Of a stretch of DNA of 64,000 bases, positions 14,014 through 28,100 are shown piece after piece. The stretch's first letter is position 1; every line of letters starts with the position of its first letter. The DNA lies in NCBI GenBank assembly GCA_965637545.1, contig OZ281496.1, positions 27,652,001 through 27,716,000 of the forward strand. Direction: 5' to 3'. The stretch is from Phallusia mammillata (lineage: Eukaryota). The notes beneath the pieces were generated by a model. That model was not told where the DNA came from. It saw only the letters and a list, made by a program, of their open reading frames with translations, and ran no database searches. A program made the translations under genes and the position numbers.

Positions 14014-17000
14014 TCACAGAAAACTTGCAACAAGTGGCAAAGCCACAGTTATCCACAAGGCGGCGCTGTTGACACTTGCTGCAGAGGTCGTTGTCGTTGG
14101 CGCAGGAGTTGTGGTCACTAAAATCAAACAAGAAGGATCGACTGTAAATAAGCTGGAAGTTGATTTTTTTTCTGTCATGTAGCATTATTTGAATCTTTAA
14201 CCGAGAGAAAAAATTGCACAGTATCGATCACTTCATAGAAGTAATGAAACAAACCGGAAAACTTGGTAAGAAACAAGAAAAGTGCTAATTACAAAACGAT
14301 GTAATTGTAGGCTAATGCTGCAATGTAGGATATAATTTGTAGCCAAATGTGACATTGTTTGTAAGCCCAAAGTTTTCTTCATGCAAAAGTTATTCGTGTC
14401 AAATTGCCAGCTTTCAAATTGCCCTTCGTGTATGCAAATCACACCACACTCAAGTTATAAAACCTTCATACTTCGCGGGCTACTGTGTGTAATGATGCCC
14501 GCACAAGCAAATGCAGCTGATGCATTTTCGAATCACCAAAAATCGAAACATTCTTCTTACCACAGGAAGATCCCGTATCTGTTTGTCCAGCCGGGCAGCC
14601 GCAATTGAAGCTTCCAGGCGTGTTGGTACACGAAAGATGAGATGGTGTGCATGGGTTGTCAGCAGAACACTCGTCAATGTCTGTTAACAAACATTTTGGG
14701 TGCAACATACGTGTTATAAATAGATTGTAAACCAATAGATCTTGTTCGAAATATTACCCTTAGCCTGAGCCTTTTTTGTTTGTTTCTCGTTTATTACGCT
14801 TTAGCCACTGTTTAGTTTTAAATGCTCGTACGTCGTGAAACATGTTTGTTTCAAATTATCACACGAGATTCAGCGTAAAAAGATGATTTCAAAAATATTC
14901 AGATTTTGCTTACCGGAACAAGATTGGCCATTTCCTGTAAAACCCGTGTTACATGTGCATGAAAATGTTCCGGCTTGGTTAGCACAAGCGGCAAAGGTAT
15001 TACATGGAACAGGAGTTTGTGCGCATTCGTCAATATCTGTACATACAAAGATGCTGTTTTAAACCATACGCAAGTTCTATGGTTTTGAACTTAGATAAAA
15101 TCAATCAAACCTTTGAGATCTACGAAGCTACATTCATAAACGTTTATGAACTATGAAAAGGAAATGAAGAGGTTTAAAGACAAATTAGGCGAATGTTGTG
15201 CTGAGGTTTTATCGCTTTGACAAAAGAAAACATTGCAAAACACGTACCGAGTCGGTAATAGCTCCGCACAGGTTGAAAAGGTATAAAGTTAACAAAAAAA
15301 GTGGATGATACATCTGGTAGACTAGAGTTCGTGAGTTAAAAATATCAAGTTTGTGTGTAAAAAAACCTTCATAACAAATAAGCTTGGACACCTGTGCAAG
15401 TGAATCCATCCCCTGTATACCCCGATTGACAAATACATTGGAAAGATCCCGCAGTATTATTGCAGCTTGCCTGGACGTGGCAAGTCGTTGTAGCGCATTC
15501 ATCAATATCTGCAATGGTCACATGTGATAAAATATTAGTAACGATTCTCTTGTAAAAACCTGGTGTATGCCGCAGTAGAATACTATCTGGAACACTATAG
15601 CTATTAACGCTGTAGCATCCTGATCTCTACATGTTGTTTTTGTCATTGCTTTTTATGTTTTAAGGCAATTCTGACAATTTCTAAATAGGCTACGTTAACA
15701 TTGTGTCCACAGTCGTTGCGGATTATGATTTAGGATTATCTTGATCTCATTTAACAAGTTTGTGACATTAGTATAAATCCATCCTTTAGCCAAACGTTTT
15801 CTGCACTGGTAAATGTGTGGGCGGCCAGTCAAGGTTTGAACTCACAAACCAACGAACACACCACGTCGTAATTGTAATCGGCCAGTCAAGGTTTGAACTC
15901 ACAAACCAACGAACACACCACGTCGTAAATAATTGTAATAGCGCAATGCTGTTACAAAATACACTAGATCATATTACAAACACAAAATTAAACCCGCCTG
16001 GACAGTTAGTTCCTGTGGGTATCAAGTTATGTGGAGGGTAGGCCGTCGTACTAGAGGTTACATTGAAGCCTGCGTTGCACACGCATTGCGCAAGAGAGGC
16101 GGCTGGACTTGTACAAGCTGCGTTGGTGCCACATGGATTGAAAACCGTGTTGCAGGGGTTCGGAACTGGCAAAACAAAACATTTGAAAATATAAACGGCA
16201 ATTGAAGACAAACAAGTAATTATAATTGCGAATGATCAATTTTGTGACTATGGATATTATAACTACGGAACTATTAGGGCGGTTATAGATACGGTAATGC
16301 TAATACATATGTACAAATGTAAATACTTTCGTTTATACGATTTAGACTACATCACCTTGCTAGTCCCAAAAACTTAAGATTAAAAGTATGTTTGCTGTGA
16401 AATTGTCACAACAGCGAAACGCCATCCCACCCAATGTACCCTTCGCACTTAATTATCTCCAAAGTTATTGTTGGACGTAACATTATACTACCTTACGGTT
16501 ATTTGAGACATGAGAAGCTTGGGCCAACACAATAAGACCGTGACCTCTACATGCTGTCGGTTAATGGGCGATAATGAAACAAAACGTGTATTACATCATC
16601 TCATTATTACAACACCACTTCATACCTAGAGGTCATATGTCAAAAAATCCCCGAAATGCAGACAACTTTCCCTTAATGTCGTCATTTTCAACAGTATGGC
16701 GAAACCAAGTTAGAAAAAGAGATAGAATACACAATATTTTTTACCTCAGTCGCAGAGGTATTAGGACTAGACATATACTTGGTGATGTGGTCGCACCGTT
16801 TGGGTGCAGAAATCCTTTGTAAACGTTAATTTGCTAAAATAAAAAATTCGAGCACTCCAATACGTATTTGTCCACCTGTCGGTATCAATCTACTTGTGAC
16901 GCTACAGACAGCTGCTAAGTAAATACAGAGGACCAACGACAAAGCCACCACAAAAGAGCCACCACCAAAAGAGATAATGCCAGCAACAAGCGTCTATGTT

Positions 17001-17924
17001 TTGCACAAAAGGGTGAGGGCCTTTAAAACGTGTCATAATGGCGCAATCAGGAAGTGGCTTGCTATTGACAATGTGGTTCCTGTTTTGCGAAGAATTTTGA
17101 CTTGCAACAGCCAACTCAATTGTATTTAAGACTAACAATCTATGATTAGCACGTTTGACGAGTATTTGAGCCATATAAACGGCAGTTTGAAGCCTCAAAG
17201 TCGTATAAAACAGGGTTCTAATTTGGCTTTGATTGGTGTAATTATCTTTTTTTCTTATTAGTTTTGATTGTACCAAAATTGTTCACTACTAGGCCTAACA
17301 TGAAAAAAAAACTATTTTGAATTGCCACATAAGGTGTTAACTGTCAATCAAAATCAAACAGCAGCATAAACTTACTCGTTTGGGCAGAATTTCCACATGA
17401 AGTTAGGCTCAGCAAGGCGTCGTCGGCCACTGAACGGTTTTGATAGGCAAGTGTGCTTGTCATCAATACTGCTGGAGTATCCGTGCTTCCAGGAATATCA
17501 TGAGTTACGTTGTATACGACTAACACTAGAATAAAAACAAACGACCAACAGTAGCACATTTAAAGTTTCCAACCTACTGTTTGTACAATAGCAACAAACA
17601 AATTGGTACCAAAATTGACCTATTTCGACTTCAAATTGACTTTTAAAACAGTAAAAAAATATAAAAAAGACCAGCAAAAGAAGGTCGTGTAACCGACTCA
17701 AACACATTTACAAAAACAATCTAACTTGTCTTTCATACAACAAGTATGTAAGAGGTAGTATGTAAACAACAAAGTGTATCAGTCTCACAAAGTGCGCTTG
17801 TGGTTAAAAGACAAAGTGTTAAGGAAATGTTAAACATACCAGCATTCGCATCGTTTGCATTTGAAGGTTGTAAAGTTGTAAAGCAGAACACAATCACAAT
17901 TGCAAGGTACGTCACCACCTTCAT
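14014..17924 (-). CDS. Paralog E: secreted/GPI-type protein, signal peptide + head module + 4 EGF-like domains + Thr-rich stalk + hydrophobic tail (~288 aa)
   Basis: Exons 17840-17924 ([28 protein letters not shown]), 17376-17525, 15998-16165 (GC donor), 15392-15508, 14914-15036, 14561-14680, 14014-14117 ([34 protein letters not shown]). All junctions phase 1; total 867 nt. DIDEC...C-x-C cbEGF motifs. Confidence 0.85.
15822..15928. repeat. 57-bp tandem duplication in an E intron
   Basis: CGGCCAGTCAAGGTTTGAACTCACAAACCAACGAACACACCACGTCGTAA at 15822 and 15879. Confidence 0.92.
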
Positions 17925-18565
17925 AGTGTTGCTTGATTTTGGTTGATTGGTAGGGAAAGATAGAGTACTGATTTAGGGTGTAGCAATTATTACTGCGGGA
18001 AACAACACACAATGATAGCATATATTGAAAAACGCGACAAGACTGAACTATAGCCAAGGCCAACTGCTGCCAACAGGCCTATACAGCTGCACCAAGCTTA
18101 AAAACAACTCTTTCACGACTAAAATGAATACGCCTGAAAACGAATGTTTAAATGAAGCTCTACAATTCGCAAACCTTTCGCTGAAAGTACTGACCAAAGT
18201 AATGCCTAGCAGCGCCTGGCATACGAAGATAAAAGCTTGAAAACGGGGAGAAATATAGGGGAACTCCCCGAAGCTCTCCCTGTTTTTCACCCTTGATCTG
18301 GCCTGGCGCAAACTCCGGAAACTGGTATTGCGCATTACACATCACGTGGGGATGATGTAAGATGCCACACACGGTTTTTTTTAGCGCCTTTGTGTAGTTT
18401 AGCGAGCTCCGAAACAATGGATGTTTAAATAACGTATTCGTAGCAGAAACTTCAACCTCCGTATAGTCTGTCACAGTACGCCAGGCCCATTGAAGGCGCT
18501 ATACCAAATCAGCCGGTCACCAAGCATTCACCACCATATGGCAAGGCGTAGGCTAGAAAAATCTA

Positions 18566-18638
18566 GCCTGCGGTGGGATTCGAACCCACGACAGGAGTCT
18601 TTCCGGGACTCGCGCTCTACCAACTGAGCTACACAGGC
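18566..18638 (-). tRNA. tRNA-like cloverleaf (pseudo-tRNA or SINE head), nominal anticodon GGA
   Basis: GCCTGTG TA GCTC AGTTGGTA GAGC GC GAGTC CCGGAAA GACTC CTGTC GTGGG TTCGAAT CCCAC CGCAGGC. All four stems pair, A and B boxes are intact, and TTTTT follows. C33 instead of U33 and no long variable arm. Confidence 0.6.
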
Positions 18639-19185
18639 CCAGTGGAGAATCCGCCGAAAGTCGAATCACAAGCACCGTTGCCTGCCTCGTTTAGTCTGGG
18701 GCTTTATTACGAAGATCTGTCTGCTGCTTAACTAACAAACTGCTGAAAACGACATTGCTAAACAAACTAGCAATACATTACCACGTTTAAAACACGTAGG
18801 CGAAGATGAAATTACTCAACTCTATAGTTCGTACCACGCTTTTAATTGACATCATGAAACGCGTAAGGCCTATTGGCTCCAAAGCGCAAACACATTCTCC
18901 ATACCTTTATTGTGTTGTGCCGAAATCGCACGTATCCGAAACAAAACGAATTTTAACGGATGTGCCTTATTAAAATCGTTTTGTGTAGGAATACAAAACA
19001 ACAGTGCCTTTGCACAGTATAACGCAAACATACATATTTTACAAACAAGCGGGCGTTTCAGATTTCTTGTTGGTTGGTTTCTTAACATACTACTCGGGTA
19101 GTCGATATTTTGCTTTTCTCTTGTCAGAATTTTTTTGTAAATAACACAATTGTTTGCGCAAAACAATGTGATACATTTTATTATA

Positions 19186-22100
19186 TCAGTAACATTCCGC
19201 ACAAAAAGGGACGAAAAACGCGTTTAAAGTTATCAAAAGAAACATAGACCCGATGTTGCATGTAGCAGAGTTACATTCAAAACCTCCAGGTTGATTTAGG
19301 CAAGTTTGATATCCTTCACAGTTGTGCTGATTCGTACAGCATTCGTCAACGTCTAAAATAGCAGTTATATAGGTTAATTTTCAATTTTGGCTTTCGTTAT
19401 CTGACTTCACATAGTTCTGTTCTATACACCGTTCTAAGACATCAAATCATCCTACAGGGCAAGGGATTTAGTCCCTTGACCAACCACTGTGGCTAGTAAA
19501 CGTTTTGCAAGGCTTTATTTCTTTCAGGAAAACTGTGACACTGTGCACAATATTCCATTTTGTCCATAGCGTACACAACACTACCTTTGTTTTTGCCTTT
19601 ATCGTTTAAACGGATCAGCAAGGTTACATAATTGTATGCGGTGAAAAGAGTCAGTAAAACATACTTTGCTTACATGGCATGCACGAAGGGATAAACGAGA
19701 GAAAAAGGGGTTTAAGAACTATTGCTTTGCCGTTAAAGCATTGGAAATTGGACAACTATGAACAAATTAAACATAGTGTTGTTCATACCTGAGCAGACCG
19801 TACCATTCTGTGAGTAGCCGGTCAAACAAGAGCAAGTAAAACTACCAGGTAAGTTGTTGCATTGAGCGTTTAAACCGCAAGGATCACTGGTTTCCAAACA
19901 TTCGTCGATATCTGAAAGGCAGAGGAATATCAGGAACTTAATGTGCTTTTATAGTTTGCAAAGCTAAAGAGATTTTCTTTCGAGCTTAGGGTAATTACAG
20001 AAGTGTATAAGGAAGTATAGGTTTCTTTGAAAGAGTGTTTGACAACTTGCAAAAGAACATAAAGCGCAATTAGAATACTCATCGTCCTATAAGATGAGTT
20101 TTAGTCGAAATTTGCTTTATAGAGCAGATACTAAAACAAAATGAAATGAAATTTTTTAGTCTTTAGAAATCATTTCAGTTTAGAACCCAAATAGTTGCGC
20201 CCGTGGTTAATATTTTAACTTGTACGCAAGAAGAACATCTTTATAACAGCGATGTCACCGAACACGCAGCATAATATACTTTAACGTACCTCGACAAGTG
20301 CTTCCAACAGCAACATGTCCGACAGAACAGCAATTGAAAGATCCCATTGTGTTTGCGCACAATTCGTCATTAGTACAATTATGAGCACCGGTTGAGCACT
20401 CGTTAAGATCTAAAACAACAAAAACAGCTTGGACACTGGAGAACGGAATAAAAAACGCTAAAAACAGAACCATACAGTACAGGTGACAAAATACAATACA
20501 ATACTGTCGTGGGTACGAATCCCACCACAGGCCATAGTAGTTATCTTATGCCGTGTCATATGGGAATGCTTGAGAGACCGCGGGCTTGTTTTGGTAATGG
20601 CCTCATATAGACCTTACGTGTTATGATTTATTACAACAAGGTGCCGCTATATAGTGAATTGTGTGTATAAATATAGTATGCATGCATACATGTCCCGGCT
20701 TTTTATAAATTTCTTAACATTCGGAAAATCTGCGCACCTTCGCAAAATTGCTCGCGCTGAGACACAGTATATCCAGAGGTGCAAAGGCAAACGGATCCGT
20801 TTTCCGTGCTTTTGCATCCAGGAAATCTTCTGCAGACACCTGAATCGCATTCGTCAACATCTACAAATGTAAAAACAACATATAGTTACTGTAAATGATA
20901 GTCAGTAACAGAAAAAAGAGCATATTTTCACTGAGAAAACAGAAGTCACAATGTTAAAAATTGAATCAGATTTGCGGTACTTGTGCTTAAAGCGGTCAGA
21001 TGCGAATTTTTGAACATTCGTATTTCACAAGTAGAGCCGTACTTAGAAAAAAATAAATACACTAATATGTTTTCATGTACAAATTTAAATGTTTACCTGC
21101 TTCCGAATCGATGACCGATGAAGTCCAAAATATGGCAAAGTTACAACAAAACACAAGGAGATATATCACTCCTCTCATTGCGAAGAAGTATCGCTTGACT
21201 TAATGTTCTGTAATCTGATATAGGAGAATACGGTACAACAAATTGATTAGTCAACTTTATACAGCCCTTCTCGTAATTGTTATTATGCCTGGCAGCAACA
21301 GCTTATCAATTGATTAGTCGGATGCGCTCTCAAAATAAAGCTAAAACATATTAATATTTTGGACTACAGCACTTTTTTTCAACTCGTCTACTCTTAAATG
21401 GTTACTGATTTATAGTATGTACAAATAACTCAATCTAATGAACAACTGATGCTTTCAATCTTCAAAAAAGTCATCAATTTTCATCACTTTCAAAATAGCA
21501 GTACCTTACTGATGATGGCATGAGCATTTGCCGAAACGTTTGATCAATAAAGCATGTCGCTTTTTACATCTATTTAGGCCGATATTTTCACCATTCAACT
21601 TATGAACAGATCCGTATATAGTGTCCCGCAGTTTATCTACTGATCTTTAGTTTGAGTACTTTAGTACTGCATACACTAAAAGTGTATACACTAACTCTGT
21701 GAGCTGGTTTCCGAACTACAGCTGCTCAAATGAGGTGCCTTAAACTTCGTGTAAAAACCTCTTTTGTACTAAATCGTGAACGAATCATGTTTATTTCATC
21801 CAGCTGTAACATTCGATCTCAAGCTAGCTATTAAAGTTATTTTGCAAGATGACGTCATACCACACATTTACATTCAAGAAAGCATATCAAAATAGTATAC
21901 CGTTTTAAACCTTGTTTTCAACTGAGTTTCATTTTGATTAAAAAGTTGTTTAAAAATAATCTTTTGATTTGAACCGGAATTAGGTGCGCCCCAGTTAAAT
22001 TGCGTTCGAGTCACGACATTTGGAAAGCAACAAGAGCTCCATTTTGAAATAAAAATTAATAGGTGTGTTAGCTTTGGCGCAGTATTGGTTGTCACCGAAC

Positions 22101-25100
22101 AATATAACCTGTTGTAGTAACACAAACAGACTCGAGACACATGTCAAAGTAATGCCCCATAGCAGATACCAAAGATTTATAAAACCTTCCGGAAACGCGC
22201 AACAAGCCAAAGAGAAACGCCACATGCAAACTTTCAGCTACTCAACACTAAGGCACTAGGCTAAGGAAAAACTACGCAATGTTTCTAGCGAGGTGAAATA
22301 GTAGAAGCAAAGTTATTAAACAACTATTCAATGCGGCGATTGGCGCGATGCCACTTGTACAACTGATATCTGGAAAACAAATAAACCTTTCTTACGAATA
22401 TATTAACAAAACAAGGCGGAAAGGCATCTAAAACCTGGTTAAGTTACATTGATTTAGCCCAGTGGTTCCCAAACATTTTTATATTTTTTTCAAAACGGTC
22501 CCTTTGCCATTATTTCGAGGGCTCGCGGTCCTTAAGCTTAAATGTGTATTTCATAAAAACGAAAGTTGATTGCAGGATTTTAGCTAGTTATGCAAAATTG
22601 CGCATAACAATCATCCAAAGACAGCATGTGACATCACAAACAAGACAAAAAACATTACGATTGTGCGCGAACAATTGCATTTTTAATAGTTGTCATTCAA
22701 TAAAGGCCATTGTTTAGCAATGGAGACAGTCGATTCACAATTCTACTTTGATTTAAACTTATTTAGTGGCACAAACTGACGCCAAATAAGATTATAGAAT
22801 TACTTCAGCTGCTTCGCGGTCCCCCCAAAAATGCCTCACGGTCCCCTAAAGGACCGCGGACCCCAGTTTGGGAACCGCTGATTTAGCCGGATAAAAAGAC
22901 ATCGGAATTCGGAATTAACATGACTGTACATAACTAAAAACAGGGCATTTTTGACATAAAGCCTGTTACGAGCCTAGTATTTCACAGTTTTATCATTTTG
23001 TTAATGTGGGTCAATCCTAACCCATTACACAGGCATTTGTTGTAAGAATGTGTGGCAAAGCAACCCTGCAATTCACATTGTCGGTCATTTAACTAAAATT
23101 TCCTGTATAATGCGGCTTTAAGAACACAAGATTTTATGCCATATTGAACATATATTTTGGAGGACGTAACAATGTAGATGGAAACAAAAATCTTGCGTAC
23201 CTGTGCACCATGTTCCGTTTCCAGCATATCCAGGATAAACACATTTACAAGAGAAACTACCGAGATGGTTAGTGCAAACTGCGTTAGTGTCGCAGTCATG
23301 ATTTCCGCTACTGCACTCGTTTATGTCTGCAAAATTCCATTAAGAAAAATTGGTTTGTATATCAATCACACAAATGTTAATGATAAAATTGTCAAAATAT
23401 TTCATTTAAACCTTTCAGTGTTCGTGTACATCAAATACATATATATATATAAGACCTAGTAGTTAAAGTAAAATACTAAGAAATAGACTCACTGTACAGG
23501 AAAACAGCAGGACAATAATCATGCTTGGTGCAATAACACAAGGCATATCTTATTAAGCATAACAAGAGCTATAGAGCTAAATAGTAATGCTGAATGAAAA
23601 CACCTGGCCCGTACATAGTCGTTTATGGCCTTACCAGTTTAACTGGCCACGGCTCGTATCATAATGTTAGGGAGACCTTATTCACCCAGCTAAGTCAAAT
23701 ATATCTTTACACGCTCACCTTCACATGTAAAGCCGTCCCCGGTAAATCCTTGGTTGCACACACACGACGTGTTACCGTTTACCGTTTCCATGGCAGCGTT
23801 CGCATGACACGAGGGAGCGGGTGTTGTGATTGCTGGAGCAGTTGGGCACTCCGAAAATACCTCTGAAAAGTAAAGAAGGTACATACATATGCTTTGGGTT
23901 GAGTTTCTATGATCCTAAATTTGTTGTGTACAAGTCTATTGCTTGTACAATTTTGGAATGTATGATATTTCAGTATTTTGCCATTGTATTCTATCGGTTA
24001 GGCAACAGTGTCCATGCAATTTCCCAAGAGTACAGCGTTGTAAGCAGGATTGGACTCGGCCAGAACCCATTTAAAAAACGTATTAGGCCCCTATGTTGGT
24101 GATATTACGACACAAACGACGTGAGTTTGAGGTTAAACTCGAATCAATCCCGCATTATTCAAGTCAAGTCCAAAACCGTACCTATTTACATGTAAAACCC
24201 TTGTAGAGAAGCAAAATTTAACAAACGTACTGTCAATGATAGCAGGGTAGTACAAAACACAAGTACAAAAAATATTTAGGCAAATACAAGTGTTAATATG
24301 GCAAACGTTGGTGTACTTACCAGAGCAGAAAGTACCGGTACCCCCAAACCCTGGATGTTTGCAGCGACAGAAAAATCCACCAGGATAATTTGTACATTCC
24401 GCCTCCAAGTGGCAGTTGTGAGTTAAATCGGTGCACTCATTCACATCTGTTAAGGACGTTACGTATTGTTAAAATGAAGGTAGCTCTCCAAACATAGGAA
24501 CTCACATCAGACAAAGCTTGCAAAATTATACACAGATATGACAGAGTGTAAAATCTGATATGGGCGAGTTTAAAATCATCTGAATCAAGCCCGTTTTTAT
24601 TAAACTTACGTCCGAACCCGACCAGAAACCCCCGGCCGAGTTACAGCTGTTGACTATAGTTTAGAGTTAATGAGTAAGAGGCAACACGAAATACGGCATA
24701 TACCTTCACATGTCGTTCCATCTCCAAAATAACCGTCCAGACATGCACAAAAGAAGCTGCCTACGGTGTTTGTGCATTCTGCCATCCGGTGACAAGATTC
24801 AGTCAGAGAACATTCATCAAAATCTGCACACATTTTAACAATTAGTTTAGTGTTTTTCTAACTAGGCGATGCGCATCCATGGATACGGTGGTGCAAAATG
24901 GTTGTTAGTGCAGCTGGTGATGAGAGATTGGCCTCATTGACTAGTGCTGGCATCCAACGGCACTCCAGTTTGTTGGGAGGCAAAAAAAAAAATTAAATAA
25001 GTAGGGTGTGCTTGCCAAACAGGATTGATAAAATTTAATACAAAATGTGACTTCATGAATTATCAACACTTTTATTTGGTTGCAGGACAATTAAAAAGAA

Positions 25101-28100
25101 AAGCGTCGTATTATAATGAACCTACAGTGATTACAAAGAAAAACATTGGCCAAACATATAAAGAGTAGTATCCGTGAACTTCGATGTGAAGTCCTATTTC
25201 GTTCACCTTCGCAGTGAGTTCCGTTGCCAGTATATCCAGTTCTACACGTGCACTGAAAACTGCCGTAGGTGTCGAGACAGTCAGCGTCGAAATGACAATC
25301 GTTCAACAAATCATCAGCACACTCGTTAATTTCTAAAAATCAACAAATTCATGTAACGCTGTATCAGATTGTCAAGAACTTTTGAAACTTCATGCGATTA
25401 TCGCAATATCAGACTTGTGATTAGGGCATCGTCAGGCGCTTTTATTTAATATTCTGCATTGTGATGTATAATAGTTATTGTGAAACTTAGCCATTTCATG
25501 ATTTCGACATTTGTTTCATTATTATAAGTAAGTATATTTAACAGATTTTACCGATCTAGACTGCATCCAAAAACGGCGCGAATCTACGGATCTAGTAATA
25601 TAGCATTGTACAAGTGAGAAAACAACTTGTCATTTCTTCTATAAATATCCATAATGAATGAGGGAACTCTAGTACACTGTTTTTGCCTAATGGACCATAT
25701 TGCTGTAAAGTCGATCATGCTTATTCAAAAAGTTTGATTTAAAGCATAAAAACAAATTATCGAGCAAAGTTTCAGCAAAACATTTTCGCACATACAAGCT
25801 TACACATAAGGAAAAGCCAATCGGAAAGCAGTCTACCGAGACGACGTACACAGTAAACGAGGCGTGACAAAACAACTTACGTTCGCAAGTTGTTCCACTC
25901 CATGAAAATCCAATAGCACAAGTGCACACGAAGCCGGGTACTTGGTTGACGCATGTTGCACTTTCATCACAATTGTTTGTGCCAGTTGAACATTCATCTA
26001 TGTCTGAAACATAACAAGGGGAAATATTAAAGTGCTTTCATGTAAAGAAATTAGGCTAACAAATGAATTTACATGTTGTTTTTGACCTAACTTTTGTTAA
26101 ACACGCATATCTTTGACAAAATTAACACTTCAAAGATTGCTTATGTGTCATATTTCCATTAGGCAGGTGTGCACAAAAATAAATAGTTACTATTTGTAGG
26201 CCAATAAAACTGACGTTTCTGAGAAAAGAAATACCAGATCAAGATAACAACGCTAATTGTTTTAAAATATTACAACAAAACTACCGATAACGAATAGGAC
26301 AAATTCACAGAAGACCATATCGTATTAAATGTACGTTTTTATGCTTACCTGTACAATTGTTGCCGTCTCCAGTAAATCCAGACTCGCAAACACATGTAAA
26401 GCTTCCTGTATTGTCTGTACAAATCGCGTTTGCGTGGCAGTCATCCAAGTCAGCCGAGCACTCATCCACATCTACACATAATATTGGTGTTCACCTTTGG
26501 CAGTAAGGTCGTTAAGTTACGGCCTGGTTTTAACAGCAATAGATTATTGCGCAATGTCGCGTTAAGGTTGTATGCTTGGGTCCCTGGCTAAAACTGGTAA
26601 AGGGGCCCTATCCATATACATTTATACATATAATTGTCGTTCAAAGGTTAAACACTAAAGAATACAGTTAATGTCGTAGGTACTATTCCAGGCCCGAAAA
26701 CACTTGTAGAGCCAATTTTTGCATCTTAATCACTTGCAAGTCGTACAAAAAGTAACAACATACTTGTACAAATAAACCCATCACCGACAAAGCCATCAAG
26801 ACAAGAACAGGTAAAGGCTCCCAAAATGTTGGTACATATTGCTTGGCTACTGCAGTTGTGTGTACCAGTGTCACATTCATGGATATCTGTGAACCAACGC
26901 CGACATAAAATGCAACGTTTAGGCGAAAAATTTTTTCCCTACATAAAACAAATGTCGGCCAATAACTTTACCTGTACAAGTTATTCCATCTCCATTGTAG
27001 CCCACTTTGCATGCGCAGGTAAACGAACCAGGAATGTTAGAACACACTCCGTTAGTCGTGTCGCAATTATGTGTTCCTTCCGTACATTCGTTGATATCTA
27101 AATTAAAAAGTTTTGTTATATTAGTATTCAAGGGTTGAAAACCGTTAGATACTCTTTCTGAAAAAAAAATGTGGTAGGTTCTTTTAAATGTAAAAGCCAT
27201 GGTATTCAAAAGTTTAAAATATGTACTTCATATGTGTTAGCTTTATAACAGGTCTGACGAACAAATATTACCAACGTTACTTGATTTATAAGTTATGGTT
27301 TGTCCGTATTTCAATAGCTTCCTGCAGGATCGTTAGTTCCGTAAGTCTCTTTTATGGTTCAGAATTTTCAGTTATATTGCCTTGTCTGACATGAGTCACT
27401 TCTAGATCGAAATTCAAGTCGAAGTTGTGGCAATAATTTTATATGGTGGCGCTTGGAAATACTTAGCGTTTAAAACTACTGTATTGTGCATGTGTAAAGT
27501 AACATACCGTCACAGACAATTCCATCACCGCTATATCCAGAAATACAAGCACACGTGAAGCTGCCTATCGTGTTAGTGCAAACAGCAGACTCACTGCAGT
27601 TGTCTGTGCCTGCGGTGCACTCATCAGTATCTGAAACCAACATTAAAAGCGTTGCAATGTCAATAAATGGTACCGAAATTTACTCATAGTTATATCACAC
27701 CTGTGCATGTTATACCGTCTCCTGAGTAACCTGTGTTGCAAGCGCAAGTAAAGCCGCCATCTGTGTTGGTGCAACTTCCATTTATACGGTTGCAGTTGTC
27801 AGTCCCTTCCGTACATTCGTTAATATCTATAATTGTACAAAAAATTTAAGTAATTGCCATTTACGGTTTGCATGCAACACATACACGATAAGAAAAATGT
27901 TAATACCTAATTACAGGATTCGGCACTTAGAATAACAGTTAAATTGATTTGTATAATTGAAGGAGACAAAAAAGTATAACACATCACTTGGTGACGTTAA
28001 TTTAATACCTTTGAACCTTATAAGGATCTGAATGTCCCCCCCTCCCCCAACCCCCCAAAACACACAAGTAATAATAAAACGCTATGCAACCTGTGCATGT

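Noticed and set aside
19460-19478. CAAGGGA-TTTAG-TCCCTTG hairpin
   Set aside because: A single 7-bp intronic stem, expected by chance; not a terminator in this context.
28035-28060. C-rich run (G-quadruplex potential on the minus strand)
   Set aside because: Only three G tracts, isolated, with no counterpart in paralogs.
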